From a virus, in IMG/VR virus record IMGVR_UViG_3300005529_000001, positions 272,882-336,881 of that record: a DNA stretch of 64,000 nt; one strand, 5' to 3'. Under the pieces are notes generated by a model, which was not told where the DNA came from, made no database searches, and worked only from the letters and a program-made list of their open reading frames with translations. The translations under genes and the position numbers were made by a program. Below, one piece after another: positions 1 to 8,544 of this stretch; position 1 is the stretch's first letter; every line of letters begins with the position of its first letter.

Positions 1-395
1 TGTGGGATACCCCTCGCTTGGCCTGCCCCGCCAGCGAGCTCAACAGCCGTTTGTCCTAGGCTACGATCACTGACGAGTTTGGGCAAGGTTGTTACTGCGG
101 TGTCGGCCAAGATCGATTCCATGATCGGGTTACCACCCGCGTTCGCTTTGATCCTGTCTTTTAGTTCTGCGGTCGCTTGGCGACCACCGGGCAAAGGAGT
201 ATCTAGTCGGGGATCAAAACCAGGCTGTCGTCGCCCGCCATTGGTCCTGGTCCTGTTTTCCCGCACTGAGCCTTGGGCCTGTGCGTGAGGGACCAGCCTA
301 GAAGCGCTTGCTTGCACGTTTCCAAGTCCTTCGCTAAGAACCTCGACGATCAGTTCTTTAACTAATGCTTTTAGCTCGCCCCGCGTCAACGGCAT
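1..395 (-). CDS. hypothetical protein, 5'-partial gene (start at 395, runs off window edge)
   Basis: Manual translation of minus strand from ATG at 395-393 is open to position 1 (MPLTRGELKALVKELIVEVLSEGLGNVQAS...); not in ORF track because incomplete. Confidence 0.4.
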   Translation of the reverse strand, partial: MPLTRGELKALVKELIVEVLSEGLGNVQASASRLVPHAQAQGSVRENRTRTNGGRRQPGFDPRLDTPLPGGRQATAELKDRIKANAGGNPIMESILADTAVTTLPKLVSDRSLGQTAVELAGGAGQARGIP

Positions 396-398
396 CTT

Positions 399-893
399 TC
401 ACCTGTTCTTACGTAGGTCTCTCAGAGCTAGTTGCCGTTGTAACGGCCCAACCCTGTCCAACATCAAGATACCGTTAAGATGATCGATCTCGTGTTGTAC
501 AATCCGTGCAGCCCAATCGACAAAAGCTTCTTTGTGAGGTTTGCCCTCAACATCAAGGTACTCCACAACGACCCAAGCATGCCTGGGAACAGCTAATTTG
601 ACCCCAGGTAACGACAAACAACCTTCATCATCTGTCGTCTTGTCGTGTGATGTATCAATGATTATCGGGTTGATTATTGCACGAAGTTCGTTTCCTTGTG
701 CACCTGCGGTCGGATCCATCACCAAGATCTGGATTGTTGAGTTCACTTGGGGTGCCGCGAGTCCCACGCCATCACCAGCGTACATTGCCAGCGTCATCTC
801 CTCAACGAGCTTCGCCAACGTAGCATCAAAACGCTCAACGGGAGCGCAGCTCCACTTGAGATCTGAGCTGGGATACTCAACGATGTTTAGCAT
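399..893 (-). CDS. def: peptide deformylase
   Basis: All three PDF motifs: GVGLAAPQV (motif I), EGCLSLPG (motif II), QHEIDHLNG (motif III). Confidence 0.9.
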   Translation of the reverse strand: MLNIVEYPSSDLKWSCAPVERFDATLAKLVEEMTLAMYAGDGVGLAAPQVNSTIQILVMDPTAGAQGNELRAIINPIIIDTSHDKTTDDEGCLSLPGVKLAVPRHAWVVVEYLDVEGKPHKEAFVDWAARIVQHEIDHLNGILMLDRVGPLQRQLALRDLRKNR

Positions 894-1654
894 CAGCCTG
901 GTCTCTTCTTCCGAGCAGCCAATCGTTCCTTAACATCAGGCTGCTGCATCGCTGCGCGAGTCCGCTCTTTGATCAGTTGCTTTCGCTCATCTGTCATGTT
1001 CGCACGAGCGGTTTGAGACTGCTTCTGACGGTACGCTGGATTGGTGTGGGCTGCTTTGATGTTGGCTCGTCCTTCTACGGACTGCAATCCCGCTAGTTGC
1101 TTCTCATGGACTTCAGGACGTTGCATTGCTTCCATGGTTCGTTCAGAGACCATCTTCCGACGTTCGTCAGATGACATCTGCTCGACAAATTTGGCGTAAC
1201 GCTCGGACTCGTACATTGCTTCAGACGTTCGTTTGGAGATCGTCTCGCGTACTTCGGGGCGTGACATTGCTTCACGTTGACGCTGCTTCCATGATGGATC
1301 AGCGAGGACCATGCCCTCACGGGTGCGCTGAGAGATGAGTTGACGGGTTGCTTCAGACTTAGGACCTGATCCGTTGCCACCCTTCGTCATGTTGTAGCCG
1401 TTTGGCTTCTGCGTGTTGAGTTCCTTGATGTAGTAACGTTCGAAAGACTTAGCCTCCTTGAGTGTTTCAATACCGTCAAGGATCACTTCATGTGTGAACG
1501 CGTCAGGACCGTGTTCACGAATTGCTTTCATGAAGTCTTGCTCACCACCCTTGAAAGCACACGAAACATGTCCATCCCAACGACGTGTCATCGTCTGTTT
1601 GGTATAGCCGATATAACGCATGTTTTCACGGGTGTGACAGTAGATCAGGTACAT
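893..1654 (-). CDS. GIY-YIG homing endonuclease (I-TevI-like) with C-terminal tandem DNA-binding repeats
   Basis: N-terminal YLIYCH..YIGYT..RW..H and YYIKELNTQKPNGYNMTKGG closely parallel I-TevI FWIKELNSKINGYN; C-terminal four repeats of ~SERTxEAMxRPEV. Confidence 0.85.
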   Translation of the reverse strand: MYLIYCHTRENMRYIGYTKQTMTRRWDGHVSCAFKGGEQDFMKAIREHGPDAFTHEVILDGIETLKEAKSFERYYIKELNTQKPNGYNMTKGGNGSGPKSEATRQLISQRTREGMVLADPSWKQRQREAMSRPEVRETISKRTSEAMYESERYAKFVEQMSSDERRKMVSERTMEAMQRPEVHEKQLAGLQSVEGRANIKAAHTNPAYRQKQSQTARANMTDERKQLIKERTRAAMQQPDVKERLAARKKRPG

Positions 1655-1691
1655 GTAATGATCTTACGTCATCTCAACACAAGTGTAACGA

Positions 1692-2108
1692 CTATCCTAC
1701 GCCCGGCCAGTTGGTACCATCGGGCGCCGAGCCCGTGATGTTGAAGAAGTTCTGGAGCGGGATCGTTGTCAAGCCTGCCGCAACAGAAAATGAGCACGGG
1801 CCCGAGGAGCTCTGCAAGAACAGCTGGGTGATCCTCCACTCAAGAGTCAATGTCTGACCCGGCAAGATCGTGGTGTAGTTGGTTGAGTGTGCAAGCCCGT
1901 TGTACGTCACCCCAACCTGAAGGTTGGGACCCTGGGCAATGGTGCCCGTCGAGAGGTTGGTGACACTGACGAACCGGGTCACCATCCCAAACTTGAGCGT
2001 CATCGGGGTGGGCGTTGCGGGCGCGATGGATGATGTCATCCATGGCAAAGCCGAAGACTGGAACTCTGCGGCGTACCCTGCTCCGCCGTATGGATTACCG
2101 AGGGGCAT
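1692..2108 (-). CDS. hypothetical protein (Thr/Gly/Ser-rich, likely virion-associated)
   Basis: 138 aa ORF immediately downstream of prohead protease in same orientation. Confidence 0.4.
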   Translation of the reverse strand: MPLGNPYGGAGYAAEFQSSALPWMTSSIAPATPTPMTLKFGMVTRFVSVTNLSTGTIAQGPNLQVGVTYNGLAHSTNYTTILPGQTLTLEWRITQLFLQSSSGPCSFSVAAGLTTIPLQNFFNITGSAPDGTNWPGVG

Positions 2109-2111
2109 CTG

Positions 2112-2771
2112 TCACCTCACCTTGCACGAAAGAATCTCATTGAGCACCCGGTCAATTCGATCACTACGCTTGAAGACTTCTCGCAGCTCTTCTTCGTCAA
2201 TGACCTTGCCTTCTGGGATCATGAAGGCACCGGGAGTTGAAGGCTCGGACACCATGTCCCAGCAGATCAGTTGGAAATCGTCTTGCACAACGTAGTACTC
2301 GCCCTGCTTCCGCGTAGACCCAACACCGCGAGAGCTGATGCCCAGCTTGATGCCAGACTCCACCAGTCCCTTCAGGATGGCACCAGAAGGCGTCTTGTCA
2401 AGCACTTCAATGGTTCCCACTACTGCACCATTGGCTTCCATGTACGCTTCCGTGACGACGTGTGACACGTTTTTCAGGTTCACCACGCTCGAGTCAGGAT
2501 GGTCCAGCTCGCCGACAGCACGGTGCTCGATGATAAACTTTTGGTAGTTTCTGACCTCACGATCAAGGACAGCTTTCGGATAGATGCGACCGTTCTGGTT
2601 CAACGTATCAGCTTTTTGCAGGATACCCTTCATCAAGATCTTGGGGGCTTGTGGGACCTCAACTGTCCTCCCATCAGCTTCTTTGATCAGCTTTGGGGGT
2701 TGTTCGACCCTCTCGATCTTGAAATCAAAGACATCATAGTTCTCTAGACGCCTTAGCTTAATGTCGCTCAT
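2112..2771 (-). CDS. prohead core protease (T4 gp21 / peptidase S77-like)
   Basis: NGRIYP, GELDHPD, GISSRGVGS and VVQDDF motifs typical of T4-type prohead proteases; positioned after portal/scaffold. Confidence 0.65.
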   Translation of the reverse strand: MSDIKLRRLENYDVFDFKIERVEQPPKLIKEADGRTVEVPQAPKILMKGILQKADTLNQNGRIYPKAVLDREVRNYQKFIIEHRAVGELDHPDSSVVNLKNVSHVVTEAYMEANGAVVGTIEVLDKTPSGAILKGLVESGIKLGISSRGVGSTRKQGEYYVVQDDFQLICWDMVSEPSTPGAFMIPEGKVIDEEELREVFKRSDRIDRVLNEILSCKVR

Positions 2772-3631
2772 GTTTCCTCCGATGTCAGTTCTGAACTGAG
2801 CTTAGTGTACAACATGAACCGAGTCACCGTTGCATCGTCTACGCTCTCAAGCGTCTCGCTCATGATGAGCTGTCGAGCTTCCATCAGCTTCTTGCTGACA
2901 TATTCTGTGTCATTGCTCTGACGAGCATAGTTGTCGATCTTGACCAACAAGTTGTCACGGATCTCTTCAAGCTTCAAATGAATTGACTTTGGATCGTCAT
3001 TGGCAGTTGAGAACGAATAAGCTCGCAGGAGTTGCTTCTGCTCAGAAGAGAGAACGCCAGCGTACTTCTCATTCAGCTTCTTCATCATCAGTTTCATCAA
3101 CAGACGCCCTGAGCCTGGCGTTTCGGCTTCCGTCAACTCCGCATCGGTGGGCTGAACCTTTTCGGACACAAGCCACTTGACAACCGCGTCTTCGTACTGA
3201 GCTAGCCGGCTTAAGTCAGCGCCGGGCGTGCGCCAATCGTTGATCAATGTCTGGATAGTTGCGATTATCTTGTACTCGTTGACGTGCGCATCATAGAAGT
3301 TCTCGTCATTGAGACCCTTGTTGATGGCGCCGATCAACAAAGACTTTTCTTTGTCAAGCAGCTTGACATCATGTGCACGAGCTGCGGACTTTGCTTCTTG
3401 TAGGATCGATGCAGCAACTGCCTCGCTCTTGACGGTCGTTTTCACCAATGAATTGATCAGACGATACTCTTTAAAGAGCTCAGAACCGGGCTTGAAGTGC
3501 CTGCGGATCAACCTCAAAGCCGCGTTAGAACGCCTGGAGTCATTACGAACCACCGCTTGTGAGATGCTGAGAACCAGAAACTCATAGAGGAGACCCGTGT
3601 TGCGCTTTTTGTTGTGACCCCTGCCGCTCAT
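2768..3631 (-). CDS. putative prohead scaffold protein
   Basis: 287 aa charged, predicted helical protein located between portal and prohead protease; no catalytic motifs. Confidence 0.35.
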   Translation of the reverse strand: MSGRGHNKKRNTGLLYEFLVLSISQAVVRNDSRRSNAALRLIRRHFKPGSELFKEYRLINSLVKTTVKSEAVAASILQEAKSAARAHDVKLLDKEKSLLIGAINKGLNDENFYDAHVNEYKIIATIQTLINDWRTPGADLSRLAQYEDAVVKWLVSEKVQPTDAELTEAETPGSGRLLMKLMMKKLNEKYAGVLSSEQKQLLRAYSFSTANDDPKSIHLKLEEIRDNLLVKIDNYARQSNDTEYVSKKLMEARQLIMSETLESVDDATVTRFMLYTKLSSELTSEET

Positions 3632-5778
3632 TCGTCTTCCCCGTCGTCGATGATAAATACATCGCTTTCATGAAGCTGGTGACCGCTCAACGATCCACTC
3701 TCAACAAGCTCTACATCAACTGATCCGTTATTGCCATCGATCTCATCCTGGACATCGCGACCCTCGGACAGGACCTGGTTTGTGTTGTTCCGGGCTGCTT
3801 CCCACGTCTTGGTCATCTTGCCCAGGATGCTAGCAACATCTGGGGGCAACCCCATCCTGTTACCGGCGCTAATGAACTGAGGCGTTTCGTTCAACGTCTG
3901 TTCAATCTGATCTTTGGCCTCAGCAAACGGGTTTGAGATAACGCTCTTCATCCAATCAGCGTCTGTTGGATCTTCCATGGCATGGTTGTCAATACCCGTC
4001 ATCTTGACGAAGTCTGGCAAGTGAGTCTTGCTGGCACCATGAGTCCTACGCCGTGAGCGGTTGTAAAGAGCACGTTGCAGCTGAGACTGTGGCTTGACGG
4101 GAGGATCTTTGCTGTTTCCCGCTACCTTCAATGCAAATGACTCGTTGTCATCACGGTCATCGCCACCCGTCAGGAGCTGATGGCTGGGGTTCTCTTCTTC
4201 TTCGGCTTCTTCCCCAGCGTTTTCTTCAGGCGGCGTTTCTCCGCCGGCTTCTTCTCCACCTGCTTCGCCTCCCTCAGGAGCAGCTCCGCCTCCACCACCT
4301 CCCCCAAAGATGTCGTCAGTGCCTCCGCCAGTGTCTTCACCACCCGCTCCGCCAGCGACTCCCTCGATCGTGTCATCGATTTGTTTCTCCGCCATCCGCT
4401 CTTCATCAAGCGCCTCGACCTGCTCATCGTTAAGGCCCATGATTTCTTTGCGGATGAATTTCTTGCTGACAACGCCCTCAGGGGCTGAGCCGCCGATCTC
4501 GAACTTAGCACGCCACAGCTCGAGCTTCTGCTGTTGAGCGACCGTTGACGGGTTGCTTAGCCGCAACGTAAAGTTCTGCAAATCCTCGCTGTCATAACCG
4601 TGCGCATACAGGTGGATGATCGCTAGCTTGTTCAGCTCAGCCATCATTGTCTTTTGGACAACGTTGATTGTCCGGCTGAAGCGGATGTCTTCCTGAGCAA
4701 GCGTTGCCTTGCTAGAGAGCATCTCATCGTATCCCAAGTAGGCTCTGGGGATCTTAAGAGCCGCAAAGAGCTTTTTCTGGATGTACGCTACGTCCTCGAC
4801 GGCGGCGGTGTTCTGCCCGCCGGCTAACGTGTCGATCTTGGTTCCCGACTCTCCACCACGGACTGGGATGAAGAAGTCCTCCTCGACCGACATTGGATTG
4901 TAACGTAGGTCAACTCGTCCCGTGTTCCGATCAACGACCGGGGTCGTCCTCATCTGTTGGCGTTGTTGCTCGATGTAGGTGTTGACTTCGTTGGCGGGGA
5001 TGTTTGCGACATCAATGTAAAAGACGCGGCGCTCGGGAGCACGAACGACACGGTAAACCAACATCGCGTCCTCGATCAAGATCAACTGGCGCCAGATGCG
5101 GCGCGCTGGCTCGATGATCGAAGAACCATAGGGCAGGAACATGTCGTTGCCCAACAACCGGAAGTGAGTGACTTCCCAGTTTTCAAGCGTTCGGTTACCG
5201 AGAGTCACCCACCGGTAACGGACAGCGAACGGATCGTCCCTATCATAGTTCTCTTCACGCTCAATCTCGTTGACCGGGATCGGGAAAGCATTGATGACAC
5301 CGTATTCAGGAGAAACGTCGTTGTAGAGGAAGAAATCACCATACTTGCAGAGGTTTCGAGCCCACGAACGGAGGTTGAACTCGACGTTCAGGACGTTGTA
5401 AAACAAGTCCTCAAGCAGCTCTTTGATCTTCTCGTTGTCCGAGTAGATGTGAAGGACACGGCCCTTCTCGTCTTGGGCACACGTCTCATCAGCATAGATG
5501 TCCATCGCTGCCGCGATCTCAGGAGTGTACTCCATCTCCTGGAAGTCTTGGTAGCGCATCAAGCGCTCGCTCAGGTTGTACGCATTGGACGTGATCGTCG
5601 CGTACGTTGGTGAGAGTGACTTCTGGAAGAGGAGGGTACCTGATGACTTTGTCTTGTCAGCGACGGCGATCGTCGTGTCAAGGGCGCGGATCTTTCGCTT
5701 GACGACAGGTCCTGAACGGAACAGCCGGGTCAGCCTGCGAAATAAGCTCTTTGGTTCTCTCCTTGCCATCTCGTTCAC
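3628..5778 (-). CDS. portal vertex protein (T4 gp20-like) with internal Gly/Glu low-complexity insertion
   Basis: 716 aa protein directly between large terminase and scaffold/protease; portal-sized, remembered gp20-like overall architecture; acidic G-rich insert ~aa 480-540. Confidence 0.6.
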   Translation of the reverse strand: MNEMARREPKSLFRRLTRLFRSGPVVKRKIRALDTTIAVADKTKSSGTLLFQKSLSPTYATITSNAYNLSERLMRYQDFQEMEYTPEIAAAMDIYADETCAQDEKGRVLHIYSDNEKIKELLEDLFYNVLNVEFNLRSWARNLCKYGDFFLYNDVSPEYGVINAFPIPVNEIEREENYDRDDPFAVRYRWVTLGNRTLENWEVTHFRLLGNDMFLPYGSSIIEPARRIWRQLILIEDAMLVYRVVRAPERRVFYIDVANIPANEVNTYIEQQRQQMRTTPVVDRNTGRVDLRYNPMSVEEDFFIPVRGGESGTKIDTLAGGQNTAAVEDVAYIQKKLFAALKIPRAYLGYDEMLSSKATLAQEDIRFSRTINVVQKTMMAELNKLAIIHLYAHGYDSEDLQNFTLRLSNPSTVAQQQKLELWRAKFEIGGSAPEGVVSKKFIRKEIMGLNDEQVEALDEERMAEKQIDDTIEGVAGGAGGEDTGGGTDDIFGGGGGGGAAPEGGEAGGEEAGGETPPEENAGEEAEEEENPSHQLLTGGDDRDDNESFALKVAGNSKDPPVKPQSQLQRALYNRSRRRTHGASKTHLPDFVKMTGIDNHAMEDPTDADWMKSVISNPFAEAKDQIEQTLNETPQFISAGNRMGLPPDVASILGKMTKTWEAARNNTNQVLSEGRDVQDEIDGNNGSVDVELVESGSLSGHQLHESDVFIIDDGEDE

Positions 5779-5824
5779 CCCTCCATTCTGTCGGGGCCTC
5801 TCTTACCGTATATCACCGGGAGTA

Positions 5825-6142
5825 TCAGGCGGCCTTTTTCTCACCCTTGGAACTGAGAGAAACCACCTTGGGTTCCTTCTTGACACGCGGAACGTAAGAA
5901 GCGGGGGTGCTCAGCATGTTCTCAAGAACCTTCTCAAGCTCACCGAGGTGAGGAGTACAGGCATTGATCGCTGCTGGAGGGGCTTTTTCCTTGAATGATT
6001 CGACGGCCGCCAGGAGCTTGCTAGCAACGCCGACGATGCTGTTGATCGTCTTGTGATCAACCTGCTCGTTCACCGTTCGAACCTCTTCGGCGATGATCTC
6101 CTTGAGCCTCTCGAGCGTCACCTTGGGGGTTTTAGTCGTCAT
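5825..6142 (-). CDS. hypothetical protein
   Basis: 105 aa ORF between terminase and portal, same strand. Confidence 0.4.
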   Translation of the reverse strand: MTTKTPKVTLERLKEIIAEEVRTVNEQVDHKTINSIVGVASKLLAAVESFKEKAPPAAINACTPHLGELEKVLENMLSTPASYVPRVKKEPKVVSLSSKGEKKAA

Positions 6143-6181
6143 CGTGTCATCCTTCTGTGGTTGTAAGTATCCACTCTCGGA

Positions 6182-7828
6182 TCACTTCCTGAGCCAGTCG
6201 AAGTCCGAGACAAAACGACCGTAGGGACTACGTTGCAATTCTTGTGGGTTTCGTGGCCGCATGACGCTGTACGCGTTGACGCCGGCGATGTTCGGGTCGA
6301 CAAGCGGTTGGGCTTCGTTGATGTTCCCGGGCATCTTGTTGATGTCTTTCCTGTCCACGTGGGTGGCAGCTAACATTGCGTATGCCATCTCGCGCGCTTG
6401 TTCGCTGACCTGACCACCACCTTCGATGAGCCATGTTCCGATCGCCAAGCTCAGGACCAGGTCATCCCACGAGTCCTTTCCCGCAAGAGCTTTGTTCCCT
6501 TCCCAGATGAACGACTGGAGCTGGTCAAACAGGCGTCGCGAATATGACCTCAGTTGCTTGTTCCTGATCAACTCTTCTAGCTTAGCCAAGATCTGTGTTC
6601 GGGTCTTCTGGTTTGTGTTTGGAAACCCAGGTAGCTCGTCCTTAGGATCGATGGGCATGTAGTTGAACGGGTCACCCGTGTGCTTGGGATAGTAGAGCTT
6701 TTTGTAGTTGATCTGGTCACGTAGTTTCACACAGACCAGGTATCCGAAGGTGTTTTGTTCTGGGATTATGAGGGCATCGCAGTACTTTTTGCCCCACTCC
6801 GCTAGCAAGTCTGCCAAGTGCTCTGGCGGGATCTTACCCATGTACTCAGCACACACCTCATTGTCAACGGTGTCAATGACATGGAACGCTGAGTAGTCAT
6901 GCGCATCACCACGGCTGACGTCCGCGCTCAACACATAACGGTGACCCGCGACAGGCGGGCTCCAAACCCAGACACCGCCCGCAGGCCCCTCTTTCGAGAT
7001 GGGTGGCATGATCATTTCACGCAGGTAATCGAGCTCTTCGGGCTGGAGGAATGTGTCACCTGATGCAATGAAGTCACACATGAACTCTTGCGCAATCTGA
7101 CGCTTGTTCATGCCCTTTGATTCGTTCTTGAACCATGCTTCATCGTGTTCAGGATGGACGGTCCAGTGAAGCCGGATGGGGTTGAAGCCGTTGAGTCCCG
7201 CTTCGGCTTCCGTCCACAAACGGTAATACTGCCCGCCGACGCCCTTGGGAGTCGATAGCACGATCGCCTTGCCACCCGTCGAGATCGTTGGTTTCAGACC
7301 CGTCCAGATCTCTTCAAAATCACGAATGATAGCAGCTTCATCAACTATCAGAAGCGACAATGCTTCTGATCGGCCCGCATCTTCAGATGTTGGGATGGCA
7401 ACAACCTGCGAGCCGTTGTCAAAAGTAATGGCTTGCTTGGTGGGCTCAAACTTGGGCAGCAACAACCACTTGGGCAAATTGTCAAGGATGACCTTGCACT
7501 TTTTGATCATGTTCATCGCGGTGGGAAGCTTGGTCGCGATGATGAGGATGTTCTGGTCCTTGTAAAAGATGGCGAGCCACGTTGCGTACGCTGCACATAA
7601 CGTAGACAGACCCAGCTGTCTTGACTTCAAGATGATGTTAAGACGGTGTTCTATGAACTGCCTGACGCAGTCATCCTGAAACGGGTACGTTTCAAATGGG
7701 AGCAAGCCTCGAGCGGGGTGCTGGATCTTGCAATACTTCTTCATGAAGTAGACAGGATCCTTGCCACACTTGATTATCTCCTCGATCTGCTCCTGCTTTG
7801 ACAGGGGTTTTGGAGCAGCTTTCGTCAT
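6182..7828 (-). CDS. terL: terminase large subunit (T4 gp17-like)
   Basis: Walker A-like KSRQLGLST (T4 SRQLGKT), Walker B LLIVDEAA, C-terminal RNaseH-like nuclease region (LSADVSRGDAHDYSAFHVID). Confidence 0.9.
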   Translation of the reverse strand: MTKAAPKPLSKQEQIEEIIKCGKDPVYFMKKYCKIQHPARGLLPFETYPFQDDCVRQFIEHRLNIILKSRQLGLSTLCAAYATWLAIFYKDQNILIIATKLPTAMNMIKKCKVILDNLPKWLLLPKFEPTKQAITFDNGSQVVAIPTSEDAGRSEALSLLIVDEAAIIRDFEEIWTGLKPTISTGGKAIVLSTPKGVGGQYYRLWTEAEAGLNGFNPIRLHWTVHPEHDEAWFKNESKGMNKRQIAQEFMCDFIASGDTFLQPEELDYLREMIMPPISKEGPAGGVWVWSPPVAGHRYVLSADVSRGDAHDYSAFHVIDTVDNEVCAEYMGKIPPEHLADLLAEWGKKYCDALIIPEQNTFGYLVCVKLRDQINYKKLYYPKHTGDPFNYMPIDPKDELPGFPNTNQKTRTQILAKLEELIRNKQLRSYSRRLFDQLQSFIWEGNKALAGKDSWDDLVLSLAIGTWLIEGGGQVSEQAREMAYAMLAATHVDRKDINKMPGNINEAQPLVDPNIAGVNAYSVMRPRNPQELQRSPYGRFVSDFDWLRK

Positions 7829-8208
7829 CAGCTGATCTCGAAGACAACCCTCCGGCGGTAGTAAGCAGTCCGCAGCGGGTTATGGACGTTCATGTTGATG
7901 ATCTCCAAGTTGTCTACGCTTGAAAGCTCGGAGACCTTGAGTGTCAACCCAGAGAGATCCTTGTAGCGTGATTTGATGCTTGCCACTTCAGCGTCCAAAA
8001 CCGACTCTGACTCTTGGACATGATCTCTTTTCGTCTGGATCATCTCTTTCTCAGTGACAAACTTTACGATGACAGCGTAAGAAGCCATCATCCGGTCGGG
8101 ACCCAACATGCTCCACTTGACAGAATACGCACAAGTTTTCGGAGTCGAAGACCGTCCCCAAGTCGTGTCTGTCGCCTGTCCGAGGGCGTTGTAATCGATG
8201 TCAGCCAT
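7828..8208 (-). CDS. hypothetical protein; positional candidate for small terminase subunit
   Basis: 126 aa ORF translationally coupled (ATGA overlap) to upstream side of terL; no recognisable motif. Confidence 0.3.
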   Translation of the reverse strand: MADIDYNALGQATDTTWGRSSTPKTCAYSVKWSMLGPDRMMASYAVIVKFVTEKEMIQTKRDHVQESESVLDAEVASIKSRYKDLSGLTLKVSELSSVDNLEIINMNVHNPLRTAYYRRRVVFEIS

Positions 8209-8241
8209 GTGGCGGTGCTCCCGCAGATAAGTATAACCTGC

Positions 8242-8544
8242 TCAGTCTACGTCAAAGGTGATTGCCAGAGGGGGTCTCTGGGCCTCCAGCTGGTTGACTT
8301 GCTCGGCGGTTGGTCTCCAGCCCTCTTTCCACTGCACGGACCTGGGCTGTGCCCAGAACAGAGCGCAACGTTCACAACAGCCCACAGCACGCCAGGAAGC
8401 CTCATCGTCACGCGTCCGCATCAAGCACTTGCAGACTGGACACGCTAGAGGAACGGGCGGCTCAGCGTCCGTTGGGACAATGACGACAAACCCCTCAGGT
8501 TGGTCTTCGATCAGACGGTCTCGGAGGTACGGTCTCCAGGCCAT
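8242..8544 (-). CDS. small Cys-rich (zinc-ribbon-like) protein
   Basis: CPVCKC...CCERC cysteine pairs in 100 aa ORF. Confidence 0.35.
   Translation of the reverse strand: MAWRPYLRDRLIEDQPEGFVVIVPTDAEPPVPLACPVCKCLMRTRDDEASWRAVGCCERCALFWAQPRSVQWKEGWRPTAEQVNQLEAQRPPLAITFDVD

Noticed and set aside
79-288. 69-aa plus-strand ORF
   Set aside because: Lies antisense within a stop-free minus-strand frame that continues from ATG 395 to the window edge. No RBS or motif.
4957-5613. 218-aa plus-strand ORF
   Set aside because: Antisense shadow inside the motif-supported portal gene.
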